From: Octopus vulgaris
Lineage: Eukaryota
Length of the DNA: 64,000 nucleotides
Reading direction: 5' to 3'
Assembly: GCA_951406725.2 (NCBI GenBank)
Contig: OX597839.1
Span: 13,020,001-13,084,000 of the forward strand
Shown here: positions 25,025-39,079 of the stretch, piece after piece
Position numbering within the stretch: position 1 is the first letter of the stretch
Layout: the number at the start of each line of letters is the position of its first letter
Program-made: the position numbers and the translations under genes
The notes under the pieces: generated by a model
The model's input: only the letters and a program-made list of their open reading frames with translations
What the model was told of the DNA's origin: nothing
The model's database searches: none

Positions 25025-25487
25025 ATATAGGACTTGTGGTGTGTGTGTGTGTGTATGTGTGTGTAGACAGTAGTTAAGATAAGACCCAATATCACATCTT
25101 TCTAGAGTACAACTATGCTATGATTCATCTTCTCATAATGCTTTATATCAGAGTTATGATATGATCTAGCATCACATCTTTCTTCACCATAGGTACAGGA
25201 GTGGCTGTGTGGTAAGTAGCTTGCTTACTAACCACATAGTTCTGGGTTCATTCCCACTGCCTGGCATCTTGGGCAAGTGTCTTCTACTATAGCCGCGGGT
25301 GTCCTGAAATAATACTGCATAGTGTACTGGGCATATCATAGGGAGAATGGCAGAAAATTAATGGCATAGGGTGTGATAGCTTTGACAGCACAGTTGCATG
25401 TTTATTTTTGTGGTGAGAAGTTGTCTTCTTAGATTAATTTATAATTTCTTTTACAATTATTTTCTTACAATATTTAAAAAAATTTTT

Positions 25488-25858
25488 TATTTGTTACAGT
25501 CATTTCACTGCGGCCATGCTGGAGCACCGCCTTTAGTCGAGCATATCGACCCAGGGACTTATTCTTTGTAAGCCCAGTACTTATTCTATCGGTCTCTTTT
25601 GCCAAACCGCTAAGTGACAGGGGACGTAAACACACCAGCATCGGTTGTCAAGCAATGCTAGGGGGACAAACACACACACACAAACACATACATATATATA
25701 TATATACATATATACGACGGGCTTCTTTCAGTTTCCGTCTACCAAATCCACTCACAAGGCATTGGTCGGCCCGGGGCTATAGCAGAAGACACTTGCCCAA
25801 GATGCCATGCAGTGGGACTGAACCCGGAACCATGTGGTTGGTTAGCAAGCTACTTACT
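25488..25858 (-). mobile_element. SINE family A, split by a LINE insertion (head resumes at ~27254-27276)
   Basis: ...gcaagctacttac[LINE]ttaccacacagccactcctgcg. Confidence 0.85.
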
Positions 25859-27183
25859 AGCTCTCACTAGCTGTATTGCAAAACTGATGGAATCGTGTGT
25901 CAGAGAAACACTCTGGAACTTCTGGAGCTCTCACAGTCTCATCCGACCCTCACAATATGGATTTGTCCCTAACTCCAGCTGCAGTGACCAGCTTGTCGAG
26001 TTCCTTGAGGACATTACTCAGATTACTGACAGTGGCTCATGGGTGGATGTTGTCTACCTTGACTTTGCTAAGGCTTTCAACTCTGTGCCACACAAAAGGC
26101 TTATGGTGAAACTCTCTGCAATGGGTGTGGGGGATGACCTTTTTAACTGGTTGAAATCCTTCATCCTCAGCCGAAAGGAGGTAGTCACAGTTCTAGGACA
26201 GCACTCTACACCATATGAGATGTCATCGGGTGTACCACAGGGATCTGTCCTTGGTCCCCTCTTGTTTGTGGCATACATTAACGACATAGATGCCAATTTA
26301 AAGAATGCCACAGTATTGAAATATGCAGACGACATCAAGCTGTACCTTGAAATCAAGAGGACAGATCCTGATGTCTACAACTCTTTCCTGCAATCAGACC
26401 TAGACACAATGCAGCAATGGATCACAGACTGGCAACTGAAACTGGCTGTGGACAAGTGTACCACCATGCATTTTGGGAGAAAAAACCCTGCGTTCACATA
26501 CTCCCTCCACAACACTGATATCAAGAAATCCTCTTGTGAGCGTGACCTAGGCATCACTGTCAGCAGTGATTTGCGTTGGTCAAAGCATATCTCTAAGATT
26601 GTCAGGAAGGCCGAGGGTGTCTTGGCATCACTCAGCAGGTCTTTTGTTAGCCGCTCTCCAGCCATCTATTTAAAACTGTATACAGCTATGGTACGACCAC
26701 ACTTGGAATTCGCATCATCAGTTTGGAACCCCTATCTTGCACAGAACATTGACCTCCTGGAATCTGTCCAGAGACGTGCAACCAAACGCATACCCTCCAT
26801 CAGACACCTACCATATTCTGAGCGCCTTGTTTCCCTGGGCATGGATTCACTGAAGCTCCGGCGTTTGGCGACGGACTTGGTAAACACCCACAAAGTTATC
26901 AACCACCTCACCAACAACAACACTGAACACCTTTTTGATCTCCATGTGTCTAACACACGTGGACATGCCTACAAAGTCAGAAAACAATACAGCTCCCATG
27001 ACTTTCGGAAACATTTTTTCACGCTCAGAATTGCTGAAGCATGGAATAAACTGCCTGCGTCAGTTGTTGACTGCCATGACACTGCATCTTTTAAGGCCCT
27101 CATGCTTTCCGAAATCCGCCGAAACTACACCTGATTATATATACACTTTAGATGAGTTGTAGTGCACCTGAGCACTGTACACA

Positions 27184-27247
<64 letters not shown>

Positions 27248-27252
27248 TATTA
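25859..27252 (+). mobile_element. 5'-truncated CR1-group LINE with an uninterrupted RT C-terminal ORF and (TTA)n tail
   Basis: ORF to 27134: YLDFAKAFNSVPH, GVPQGSVLGP, YADD, VRPHLEFASSVWNP, TRGH, WNKLP. Confidence 0.95.
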
Positions 27253-27809
27253 TTTACCACACAGCCACTCCTGCGTTATATCATCATATAATTTTGACCT
27301 TAATTTGTTTTCAGAACTAATAATATACTTTTAGGAGTCTTTTGTTTGGCTGAGTTAATTCTGACTATACCTTCAGCGTAATGCACATTTTCCGCTCTCA
27401 AATGAATAAATACTTGCTTTTGTGGATCACAACGTCAGGAAAGACTCTGTGGCCTTGGTTTACTTTCAACTGAGAAAGGTGAACTAATGCAGCTGAAGCA
27501 AAGTGGTTCATTGTAAAATGAAGTTACTCTTTTACTTGTTTCAGTCATTTGACTGTGGCTATGCTGGAGCACCGCCTTTAGTCAAGCAAATCGACTTATT
27601 CTTTCTAAGCCTGGTACTTATTCTTTCGGTCTCTTTTGCCGAACCACTAAGTTACTGGGACGTAAACACACCAGCATCGGTTGTCAAGCGATGTTGGGTG
27701 GACAAACACAGACACACAAAGGTATACACACACACACATACATACATACATACATACATACATACATACATACATACATACATACATAAATATATATATA
27801 TATATTTAT

Positions 27810-28760
27810 AGTTACAAATTGAGATAGGGGTTGTAAATGCAACCCTCTATGGGATAACGTATATCCAATATACTGCTAGTGAAGTACCCAACAAAGTTAA
27901 TACATAAATGTTAATGATTGCGATGCAATCAATTCATTTACTATATTATATGGGCAAAGGTAAAATGATTTACCACAAATTACTAATACAAGATAAGAAA
28001 TGGAGAAATACATCTAAATCAAATATCAATTACCAGATAATACTCAATCACATACTTTATTAAACCACCACATAAGAGACTGTAGGGTTAAATATAAAAA
28101 GCAGAACAAATCAGTGTACATAAAGGAATGTACATAAAAAAGTGTACATAAAAGAGTAATGTTGTATAATAATTAGAATATATATAAAAAAGAATATAAA
28201 TACAAGTAAATATAAATATAAGTATGAATTAGATCTTACAGCTGTTTCGGCCATGTCGATAATTATGTCTCATTTTACCAATATTAGCCCTTTATGGTTG
28301 GTCAATATATAGATATAAATGAGACATTAACAAAAATATCACAAGGCCTCTTCGGAAATTATGTAATATAACACAGTCTACACATATACCCACATGGGTG
28401 TGGGTGCGTACCCACAATACAACATATATATATACATATGAGTGCATATACTCACACTCCTATACATATAAAAAAATATACATTTACATAATGATATAAA
28501 TAAATAATATAAATTAGTAAACATATATATGTGTTCCACACCCAATGTCTCAGTTTTTCGACTTAATATTGTGATAATAAACATATACAAATTAATACCT
28601 AGATGTAAATATACATAGTCAATAGTATATTATATTACTTCATAATAGTTTCCAAAGTGTCATTAAAGTTAGTATCATTATCGTTGTCAATACAATTAAT
28701 GTTATCATTGTTATCATTCATAATATTATTAATAACTCTTACATTATGATCCAGAGCAGA
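27810..28760 (-). mobile_element. AT-rich probable Penelope-like remnant containing a hammerhead motif
   Basis: Contains the motif at 28233-28359; element class inferred from that motif only. Confidence 0.4.
28233..28359 (-). ncRNA. Hammerhead-like ribozyme with a 100-nt stem II domain (core CCGAAGA, U4C)
   Basis: auuu-CCGAAGA-ggcc...ggcc-GAAA-cagcug-UA-agau; internal helix augucucauuu/aaaugagacau. Confidence 0.6.
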
Positions 28761-28797
28761 ATATATGTATGTCCGTATATATATATATATATATACA

Positions 28798-29330
28798 TAC
28801 GACGGGCTTCTTTCAGTTTCCGTCTACCAAATCCACTCACAAGGCTTTGGTTGGCCCGAAGCTATAGAAGAAGACACTTGTCCAAGGTGCCACACAGTGG
28901 GACTGAACCCGGAACCATGTGGTTGGTAAGCAAGCTACTTACCACACAGCCACTCCTACGCCTAAGTAGCTTGCCTACCAACCACATGGTTCCAGGTTCA
29001 GTCCCACTGCATGGCACCTTGGGCAAGTGTCTTCTACTATAGCCTCGGGTTGACCAAAGCCTTGTGAGTAGATTTGGTAGACGGAAACTGAAAGAAGCCC
29101 ATCGCATATATGTATATATGTGTGTGTGTGTTTGTTTGTGTATCTGTGTTTGTCCCCCCAACATCGCTTGACAACCGATGATGGTGTGCTTACGTCCCTG
29201 TAACTTAGCGGTTCAGCTAAAGAGACTGATAGAATAAGTACTAGGCATCCAAAGAATAAGTCCTGGGGTTAATTTGCTCGACTAAAGGTGGTGCTCCAGC
29301 ATGGCCACAGTTAAATGACTGAAACAAGTA
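28798..29330. mobile_element. Head-to-head family A SINE pair (28798-28962 -, 28963-29330 +)
   Basis: About 140 bp of inverted identity around a short spacer. Confidence 0.88.
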
Positions 29331-29556
29331 ACTGGCTGAAATACTCAGCAGAATTTTGTCTGTCTAAACATTCTGAGTTCAAATACTGCCAAGGTTGATT
29401 TCACCTTTCACCCTTTTGGGGGTCAATAGAATACCAGATTCAATGTAACAGACTTTCCCCACTCCCTAGAAATTGCTGGCCTTGTGCCAAAACCGAATAT
29501 TATTAGGAATTGTATAAAAAAAAAAGGTTTAAAATATTTTGTGTATTATAGAAGTT

Positions 29557-29870
29557 GCTGAGACCCCCTTTGGTCATGACTGACCGTAGGATTGCACGTA
29601 GAAAGTTACTCTCCCAGGTACAAGTCCAGGCAAGGTCGTTTATGGAAGTCCAGCAGTCGCCCATGCATACCGGCCTCCCCTCTCCACACCACCAGTGTTA
29701 TCCAAGGCTGATACAGCTTGGCACCTGTGACGTTGCAACTCATTTCTACAGCTGAGTGAACTGGAGCAACGTGAAAGAAAGAACACAACACACAGCCCAG
29801 TCTGGGATTCGAACTCACAACCTCACGATTGTAAGCTCGGCGCTCCAACCATTGAGCCATGTGCCTTCAC
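29557..29870 (-). mobile_element. SINE family D with TSD attatagaagt
   Basis: Head atggctcaatggttggagcg, B box gttcgaatccc; flanking direct repeat. Confidence 0.85.
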
Positions 29871-31201
29871 ATTATAGAAGTACAAGCCATTTATTGCATG
29901 TAACTTTTAACAACGAAGTCTTATATGGACCCCCAATGAGCTCTGGATGATAACCACTGTTCTGCATTATTTTCTACTAGCTGGTCCCATGCCATCAAAA
30001 ATGACGGGTAATTGTAGTGTTTTAGAGTTGACATGCTGTTTGATTTTTCTTTTCAGTGTTGAACGTTCACCATCCCACTTCCATTGCACACACACACACA
30101 CACACAAACATTCACATACCTCTCATACACACACACATATACTCACACAGGGCTGAAACGTTTCCACTACCAGTTTGCCATCACCCCTTCCTTCCTTATT
30201 CATCTATCACCCCTTCCTTTCTCATTCATGTTTTGACGGAGAAAAACACTAGGTTATTATCATAGTAGATTCCACAGTTAAGAAATAAGCACCATCAATT
30301 TACCTGGAGATATAACCTGAGAAGGACTAGCATTTTTGCCAAGAGAATATTGGTTTCAAATTTTGACAAACGGCCAGCAATTTGGGGGAGGGAGTAAGTT
30401 GATTGCATCAACCCCAGTCCTCAATTAGTATTTATTTTATCGATCCTGAAAGGATGAAAGGTAAAGTTGACCATGGCAGAATTTGAACTCAGAACATAAA
30501 GATGAACAAAATGCTACCAAGCATTTTACCGGGTGTGCTAACGATTCTGCCATCTCACTGCCAAGCAAGGAGAATATCAATCTCTCTTGCTCCCCTCAAC
30601 TGGAACTATGCGGTAACAAGGCTGGCCCTTTGAAATACAGGTACAACACAAACAGGAAGAAAGAGTGAGAGAAAATTGTGGTGAAAGAGTACAGCAGGAT
30701 TCACCACATCCCATTTATGATCCGTGATGTTTAATCAGATCAAATGTTGCTTAATTTGTTAGGTCAAAGGTTGATCAGTTTGTCAGGGCAAAAGTCAATC
30801 AATTGGTCAGGTGCAACCAAGAGAATACCCTCCATCAGGCATTTGCCATATTCTGAACGCCTTACTTCCCTGGGCATGGATACATTGAAACTCTGACGTA
30901 TGGCAGACACCCATAAAACTATTAACCATCTTACAAACAATAACTCTCAGCTCCTTTTCAAACTCCCCCTGTCTAACACCCGTGGACATGTTTACAGAGT
31001 CAGAAAACAGCACAGCTCCCATGACTGTCGGAAACATTTTTTTCATGCTAAGAGTTGCTGAAGCATGGAACAAACTGCCGGCATCAGTTGTTAGTTGTCG
31101 GAGCACTGCATCCTTCAAAACTTCCATGCTTCCTGAGATTCACCAAAACTACACCTGATTTTCTCCCCTCCATACACACACAAGCATGTATCTGACTCAT
31201 A

Positions 31202-32483
31202 CGAGGGACGTTCAATAAGTAATGCCTCTGACCCACTTGCAGTTGTTTGATCTAGCTGAAATTTTGCATGTGCAATCATTTATATCTCTATAGAGTAAGT
31301 GGCAAATTACAGCTCTGAATTAATTGTGGTTTCTGATTTACAGGTGTTTGAACCGAGTCAAGTGTGAAATGGAGCCTGTTGAGTGTCGCCGGTTTTTGTA
31401 TTTGAAAGGACGTACACCACAGGAGACTTTTGATGAAATGAAAGTAACTTATGGTGATGATGCCCCATCATATGACCTTGTAAAACGCTGGCATCGTGAA
31501 TTCAAACATGGTCGGAACTCTGTGGAAACAGCTCCCAGATCTGGTCGCCCCCTTCTGCCATTGATGAGGCATCTGTCTGTCAAGTTGAGGCTGCCATTTT
31601 GGAAGATCGACGCATAATTATTCGCCAAATAGCCCATGAGGTCAAAATTAGTACCGGGTCTGTGGAAACTATCATTCATGACCATTTGCATATGCAAAAG
31701 GTGTCTGCCAGATGGATTCCCAGGTTGCTCACGCCTTTCCAGAAGCAAGAACGCGTCGAGTGCTCGAGGGTGAATTTGGAGATGCGCCAAGAAGATGAGT
31801 CAAAATTTTTCAAAAGACTGATTACACAGGATGAAACCTGGGTCCATCACTATGATCCAGAGACCAAAGCCCAGTCAATGCAGTGGAAGCACCGTGACTC
31901 ACCCCCTCCAAAGAAGGCAAGGGTGCAGCCCTCCGCTGGCAAGGTCATGCTCACAGTCTTCTGGGACCAGGACGGAGTAGTGATGACAGATTTCCTGGCA
32001 AAGGGTACCACAATTGCAGGAGCCTATTATGCTTCACTTTTGAGGAAATTAAGAGAAGTTATCAAAATCAAGAGGTGGAGCAAGATCAGCAAAGGCATCC
32101 TCCTCCTGCAGGACAACGCTCCGGTCCACAACTCGCTTGTCGCCAGATCAGAAGCACAGGCGTATGGCTATGAACTCCTCCCCATCCCCCCTACTTTCCT
32201 GACCTTGCACCCTCTGATTTTCACCTCTTCCCAATCATGAAGTTGTTTTTGAAAGGAAAGCGTTTCCCAGATGATGCAGCCTTGATTTCTGAAGTCACGT
32301 TGAGGTTGGAGGACCAAGCTGGGTTCTTCTACAAAAATGGTCTCCAGAGCCGCATCAAACAATGGGAGAAATGCGTAACTCTGGGTGGTTCCTATGTAGA
32401 AAAAGACTAATAACTGTGCCAAGTTTCGTTGCTCTACTGCTATGGGAAGTGGGTCAGGGGCATTACTTATTGAACACCCCTCA
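31202..32483 (+). mobile_element. Full-length mariner transposon (1282 bp), ~35-bp TIRs, TA TSD
   Basis: cgagggacgttcaataagtaatgcctctgacccactt versus aagtgggtcaggggcattacttattgaacacccctca; TA on both sides. Confidence 0.95.
31369..32410 (+). pseudogene. mariner (DD34D-type) transposase with frameshifts
   Basis: RSGRP, ARWIPRLLT, ITQDETWVHHYDPE, KVMLTVFWD, QDNAPVH, PYFPDLAPSDF. Confidence 0.92.
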
Positions 32484-32749
32484 TACACTGTTCACTTTCC
32501 AGACATTTGTACATTACTGCATATGCTTTATACGCACTTTTGACAAGTTGTGGTGCACCTGAGCACTGTATACAATAATTTCATCATTATTATTATTATT
32601 ATCCTATCACAAACACTTTGTGGCTATTGTTATAGTTGTGGTTGTTTATCCGACATCAGGTTAGTCCCAGATTTGGCTGTTATTTCTAGCAGGTCAATGG
32701 CTTGAATTCTATGTTGGTGAATCTCATGATCAAAACATTCATTTCTCAG

Positions 32750-33105
32750 TGGCCCAGTCCATTTGCTCAGTATAATAAATGGTCTTGTCCATTTTGTTGT
32801 AAAAGGGTACATCAGTGTAGTATAATGGTCCAATCCATGTTCTCAGAAGAGTATGCCATAGTGTAGTACACTGGACCAGTTCATATTGCTGTAAGCTGGT
32901 GTCACAGCGTGGTAGTACACTGGACCAGTTCATATTGCTGTAAGGAAGTGTCACAGCGTGGTACAATGGACCAGTTCATATTGCTGTAAGCAGGTGTCAC
33001 AGCGTGGTACAATGGACCAGTTCATATTACTGTAAGCAGGTGTCACAGCGTGGTGGTACACTAGACCAGTTCATATCGCTGTAAACAGGCATCACAGTGT
33101 GGAAG
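32750..33105. repeat. 46/49-bp minisatellite with about 5 conserved and 2-3 decayed units
   Basis: tggaccagttcatattgctgtaagcaggtgtcacagcgtgg(tag)tacaa repeated. Confidence 0.9.
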
Positions 33106-33169
33106 AGTCTACTGTGTCTAACTCCTTCTGTCTTTATAGAAGCTCATACTATATTTTATAAGAGAAAAG

Positions 33170-33765
33170 TGGCAAGCTGGCAGAAACGTTAGCACGCATG
33201 GCGAAATGCTTAGTGGTATTTCGTCTGCTGCTACGTTCTGAGTTCAAATTCCGCTGAGGTCAACTTTGCCTTTCAGCCTTTCGGGGTCGATAAATTAAGA
33301 ACCAGTTACGCACTGGGGTCGATGCAATCGACTTAATCCCTTTGTCTGTCCTTGTTTGTCCCCTCTGTGTTTAGCCCCTTGTAGGTAGTAAAGAAAAATG
33401 TATTTCATCTGCCATTACGTTCTGAGTTCAAATTCCGCTGAGGTCGACTTTGCCTTTCATCCTTTCAGGGTCGATTAAATAAGTACCAGTTATGGACTGG
33501 GGTCGATATAATCAACTTAATCCGTTTGTCTGCCCTTGTTTGTCCTCTCTGTGTTTAGCCCCTTGTGGGTAGTAAAGAAATAGGTATTTCGTCTACCGCT
33601 ACATTCTGAGTTCAAATTCCACGAAGGTCGACTTTGCCTTTCATCCTTTCAGGGTCGATTAAATAAGTACCAGTTATGTACTGGGGTCGATGTGATCGAC
33701 TTAATCCGTTTGTCTGTCCTTGTTTGTCCCCTCTGTGTTTAGCCCCTTGTGGGCAGTATAGAAAT
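33170..33765 (+). mobile_element. SINE family E with the internal 184-bp unit in three tandem copies
   Basis: Units start at 33216, 33400 and 33584. Confidence 0.88.
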
Positions 33766-34039
33766 ATATATTTTATAAGAGCTACAGAGACTTGTGGCAT
33801 AAAATCTAATCTTTGATGTCTCTCTCTCTCCCTCCTCCCTCATCTCTCTCTCTCCCCCTCCCTCACCTCTCTCTCTCCCCCTCTCTCTTAGTTCCCGCTT
33901 ATTTTCAATTCTTATTGATTCTGTTTGTGTTGTTGTTTGGTTCCAAAGAATGATTTGCTTCATGCTGCGTTGTCCAGTATAGTCCGGCTGGGCTGTCTTT
34001 GGCTTGCTCAGTGGCCACATGGAGGGACTTACATTTTCC

Positions 34040-34540
34040 TTCTCTGTCTCTCTCTCTCTTTTTTTTTCTTTTTCCTCTCTCATCCTCTCTCTTTCTTTCT
34101 ATCTCTCTCTTTATCTTTCTTTCCTTCTCTCTCTCGCTCTCTCTCTCTCTTTCCATCTCTTTCTTTATTTCTCTCTCTCTCATTCTCTCTATCTCTTTCT
34201 TCATGTTTGTTTCCTTCTCTCTTTCTTTCTATCTCTTTCTTTATCTTTCTTTCCTTCTCTCTCTCGCTCTATCTCTCTCTTTCCATCTCTTTATCTTTCT
34301 TTCCTTCTCTCTCCCATTCTCTCTATCTTTTTCTTCATCTTTCTTTCCTTCTCTCTCTCACTCTCTCTCTCTTTCTTTATCTTTGCTTCTTTCTCTCAAT
34401 CTCTCTCTCTCTCTCTCTCTCTCTTTCTAGGCCGTTTGCAGTTTGTTTGCATCTTTGTTTCTTTCCTTATTCCTTTCTTTTTTCTTTCTTTTTCTTCCTT
34501 CCTTCCTTCTTTCCTTTCTTTCTCTCTTTTTCTCTTTTTT
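34040..34540. repeat. CT-rich low-complexity tract
   Basis: Directly visible. Confidence 0.92.
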
Positions 34541-34695
34541 CATTGATAACTAAACAATATTATTCATAACTATTAACATAAATAGTATCATTTATTTCAG
34601 TGAAATGATCAAAACTGGAATATCCTTGATAAGAAACCAACTGGATTCAGAGATGATTTCTCATCACACTACCATGCCATGTTGCTCTCAGCAAG

Positions 34696-34795
34696 NNNNN
34701 NNNNNNNNNNNNNNNNNNNNNNNNNNNNNNNNNNNNNNNNNNNNNNNNNNNNNNNNNNNNNNNNNNNNNNNNNNNNNNNNNNNNNNNNNNNNNNN
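34696..34795. other. Assembly gap (100 N)
   Basis: Run of n. Confidence 0.99.
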
Positions 34796-35434
34796 TGTAT
34801 AATGTTGTGATTCCTATTAGCAAATGAAACATGTGTAATGGTGAATGAATGTAAAAAATTTTTTTCCAGATTCCTGTTTTATATAAACAGAACAAACAGT
34901 ATTTCCAGAACTTTCAACTCTAATATGTACCTCACATCAACACTACAATGACAACCACTACATACTGGATTGTATTACTGGAATAAATAGATGTGCTTCA
35001 AGAGGACACAGCTTGGATTTTTCTCTGCCTACGTAATATTTCTAGTCATGTATGTGTATGCATGTCTAATTAAGACATGTTTGTTCCTTTTTCTCTCCCT
35101 TTTTCCCTCTCTAAATTTTTTTCTGACAAAGAGTATGTGCTTGAAATGTAAAAGAATTTGCCTTCTATATTTCCTGACCTTAAACTTGATATTCTGTTTA
35201 TTGCATGTTTTTACCTCATTTTCATGTTTTAGTTTTGATTTTATTTTTCACCCTATGTGTGTGTGTGTAGGAGTGACTGTGTGGTAAGTAGCTTGCTTAC
35301 CAACCACATGATTCCGGGTTCAGTCCCACTGCATGGCACCTTGGGCAAGTGTCTTCTACTATAGTCTCAGGCCGACCGAAGCCTTGTGAGTGGATTTGGT
35401 AGATGGAAACTGAAAGAAGCCCATTGTCTATATG

Positions 35435-35517
<83 letters not shown>

Positions 35518-35963
35518 GTTTGCATATATGTTTGTGTGTCTGTATTTGTCCCCCCAACATCGCTTGACAACCGATACTGGTCTGTTTACATCCCCGTAAC
35601 TTAGCGGTGTTCGGCAAAAGAGACCGATAGAATAAGTACTAGGCTTACAAAGTCCTGGGGTCGATTTGCTCGACTAAAGATGGTGCTCCAGCATGGCCAC
35701 AGTCAAATGACTGAAACGAGTAAAAGAGTAAAAGAGTATATTATGTAAGTAAGCTGTGTCCTCTTGAAGCACATCTGCCTATTCCAGTGTTTACAATCCA
35801 GTATGTGAGTGGTTGTCATTGTCGTATTTATGTGAGATACATATTAGAGTTGAAAATACTGGAGATATTGTTTGCAGAGTTATTGTATAACAAAATTTTT
35901 TTGTTGCAATTCATTTACCATTACACATGTTTCATTTGCTAATAGGAATGACAAAGTTGTACA
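34796..35963. mobile_element. Non-autonomous DNA element with ~215-bp imperfect TIRs; family A SINE inserted (+, 35268-35737)
   Basis: 34796-35013 is the reverse complement of ~35751-35963 (for example ttcctattagcaaatgaaacatgtgtaatgg and agatgtgcttcaagaggacacagctt). Confidence 0.8.
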
Positions 35964-36021
35964 TCTTGGATAAACATGTAAGAAATCTCCTATTAGAAAT
36001 TCTTCAGGCAGAGAATCAAAA

Positions 36022-36076
<55 letters not shown>

Positions 36077-36326
36077 GTGTGTGTGTGTGTGTGTGTGTTT
36101 GTGACCGCGTGTGTACCGTTGGCGATTTTTTTCCCTCCGTCTTCCCTTCTTTGGATCTTTCCTTTTCCTATGTTTCTGACGAAGAGCTCCGCTCAAAACA
36201 TTAAATCTTCCTTCTTTCATTCCTTTCCTGAGTGTCCAATAACACTATAGTTGTTCCACGTCTTCGCGTTGTTGTGTTTTCTCTTTGTGTTTTCATGTTT
36301 GGATTAACTTTAAATGTATATATATA

Positions 36327-38026
<1,700 letters not shown>

Positions 38027-38225
38027 TCATCATCATCATCATCATCATCATCGTTAGCGTCCGTTTTCCATGCTAGCATGGGTTGGACGGTTCAACTGGG
38101 GTCTGTGAAGCCAGAAGGCTTCATCAGGCCTAGTCAGATCTAGCAGTGTTTCTACGGCTGGATGCCCTTCCTAACGCCAACCACTCCGTGAGTGTAGTGG
38201 GTGCTTTTTACGTGCCACCCGCACG
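38027..38225 (-). mobile_element. SINE family B
   Basis: Family consensus; further copies at 41025-41210, 41893-42237, 56205-56390, 58730-58897, 62345-62640. Confidence 0.85.
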
Positions 38226-38327
38226 TATATATATATATATACATACATACATTTATGTATACATATATATATATACATATATGTATACATATATATATAT
38301 ACATATATGTATACATATATATATACA

Positions 38328-38374
<47 letters not shown>

Positions 38375-38837
38375 GTATCAAATTTACCATTGGTTTCATC
38401 TTAAGAAAAATATCTTAATATCTTAACAAATCAAGTAAAGTTTTTAAAATGAAAGAAGATTGCACGTCTAATTACTCCACACTTCCTGTATTGAACAAAG
38501 AGCTAGCTTAAATTGGTTAACTGTTCATACTTCAGAATAGTTCAAGATTTCCTACACTTGTTGTCTATTTATGTATATTTATTATGACTTTCTGTCTGCG
38601 TGTAACGGTGAATAAACAATCTACTTACATGGCCTTGGTTGGCCTGGATACATGGTAGAAGACACCTGCTCAAGACACTGTGCAGTAGGACCGAACTGAA
38701 GATTAGATGGTTGGGAAGCAAGCCTCTTAACCATGCTGCCACGCGATGAGAATTCATCAATCAGGCAAACTGGAACGAACAGAGTGACAGGCCTTGCGGA
38801 AACCCACATCTCGGTGACCGTCTCGTAATAGCAAATG

Positions 38838-38851
38838 GTTGTCATGGTAAC
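38838..38851. promoter_or_regulatory. RFX X-box-like palindrome in a unique-sequence island
   Basis: GTTGTCATGGTAAC versus consensus GTTGCCATGGCAAC. Confidence 0.4.
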
Positions 38852-39079
38852 GCCAGTCTCCCAAGAGGTTGTTTCAATTGGAGCACGCTACTGTCCAGTA
38901 GATAAGTGTTTATGAGGTTGTGTAGTTAGTGTTTTTTCAGCTTGTAAATTGACACAGCAGTAATTTTTTAAGTGGTTCGCTAATTAGCTTTGGTGACTTA
39001 ACAGCTGCCTCAGCAAATAATTAGTGTTACAGCTAGGTTTGTTGATTGTGCCTGTGTATATAGCCATCTTTGCCTTTTA

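Larger units (their letters stand above)
30810..32600 (+). mobile_element. CR1-group LINE 3' fragment (30810-31199 and 32486-32600) split by a mariner insertion
   Basis: Matches the 3' end and UTR of the copy at 53663-54180; (ATT)n tail. Confidence 0.88.

Noticed and set aside
32850-33105. Regularly spaced repeats resembling a CRISPR array
   Set aside because: No unique spacers, no cas genes, eukaryotic context; it is a minisatellite
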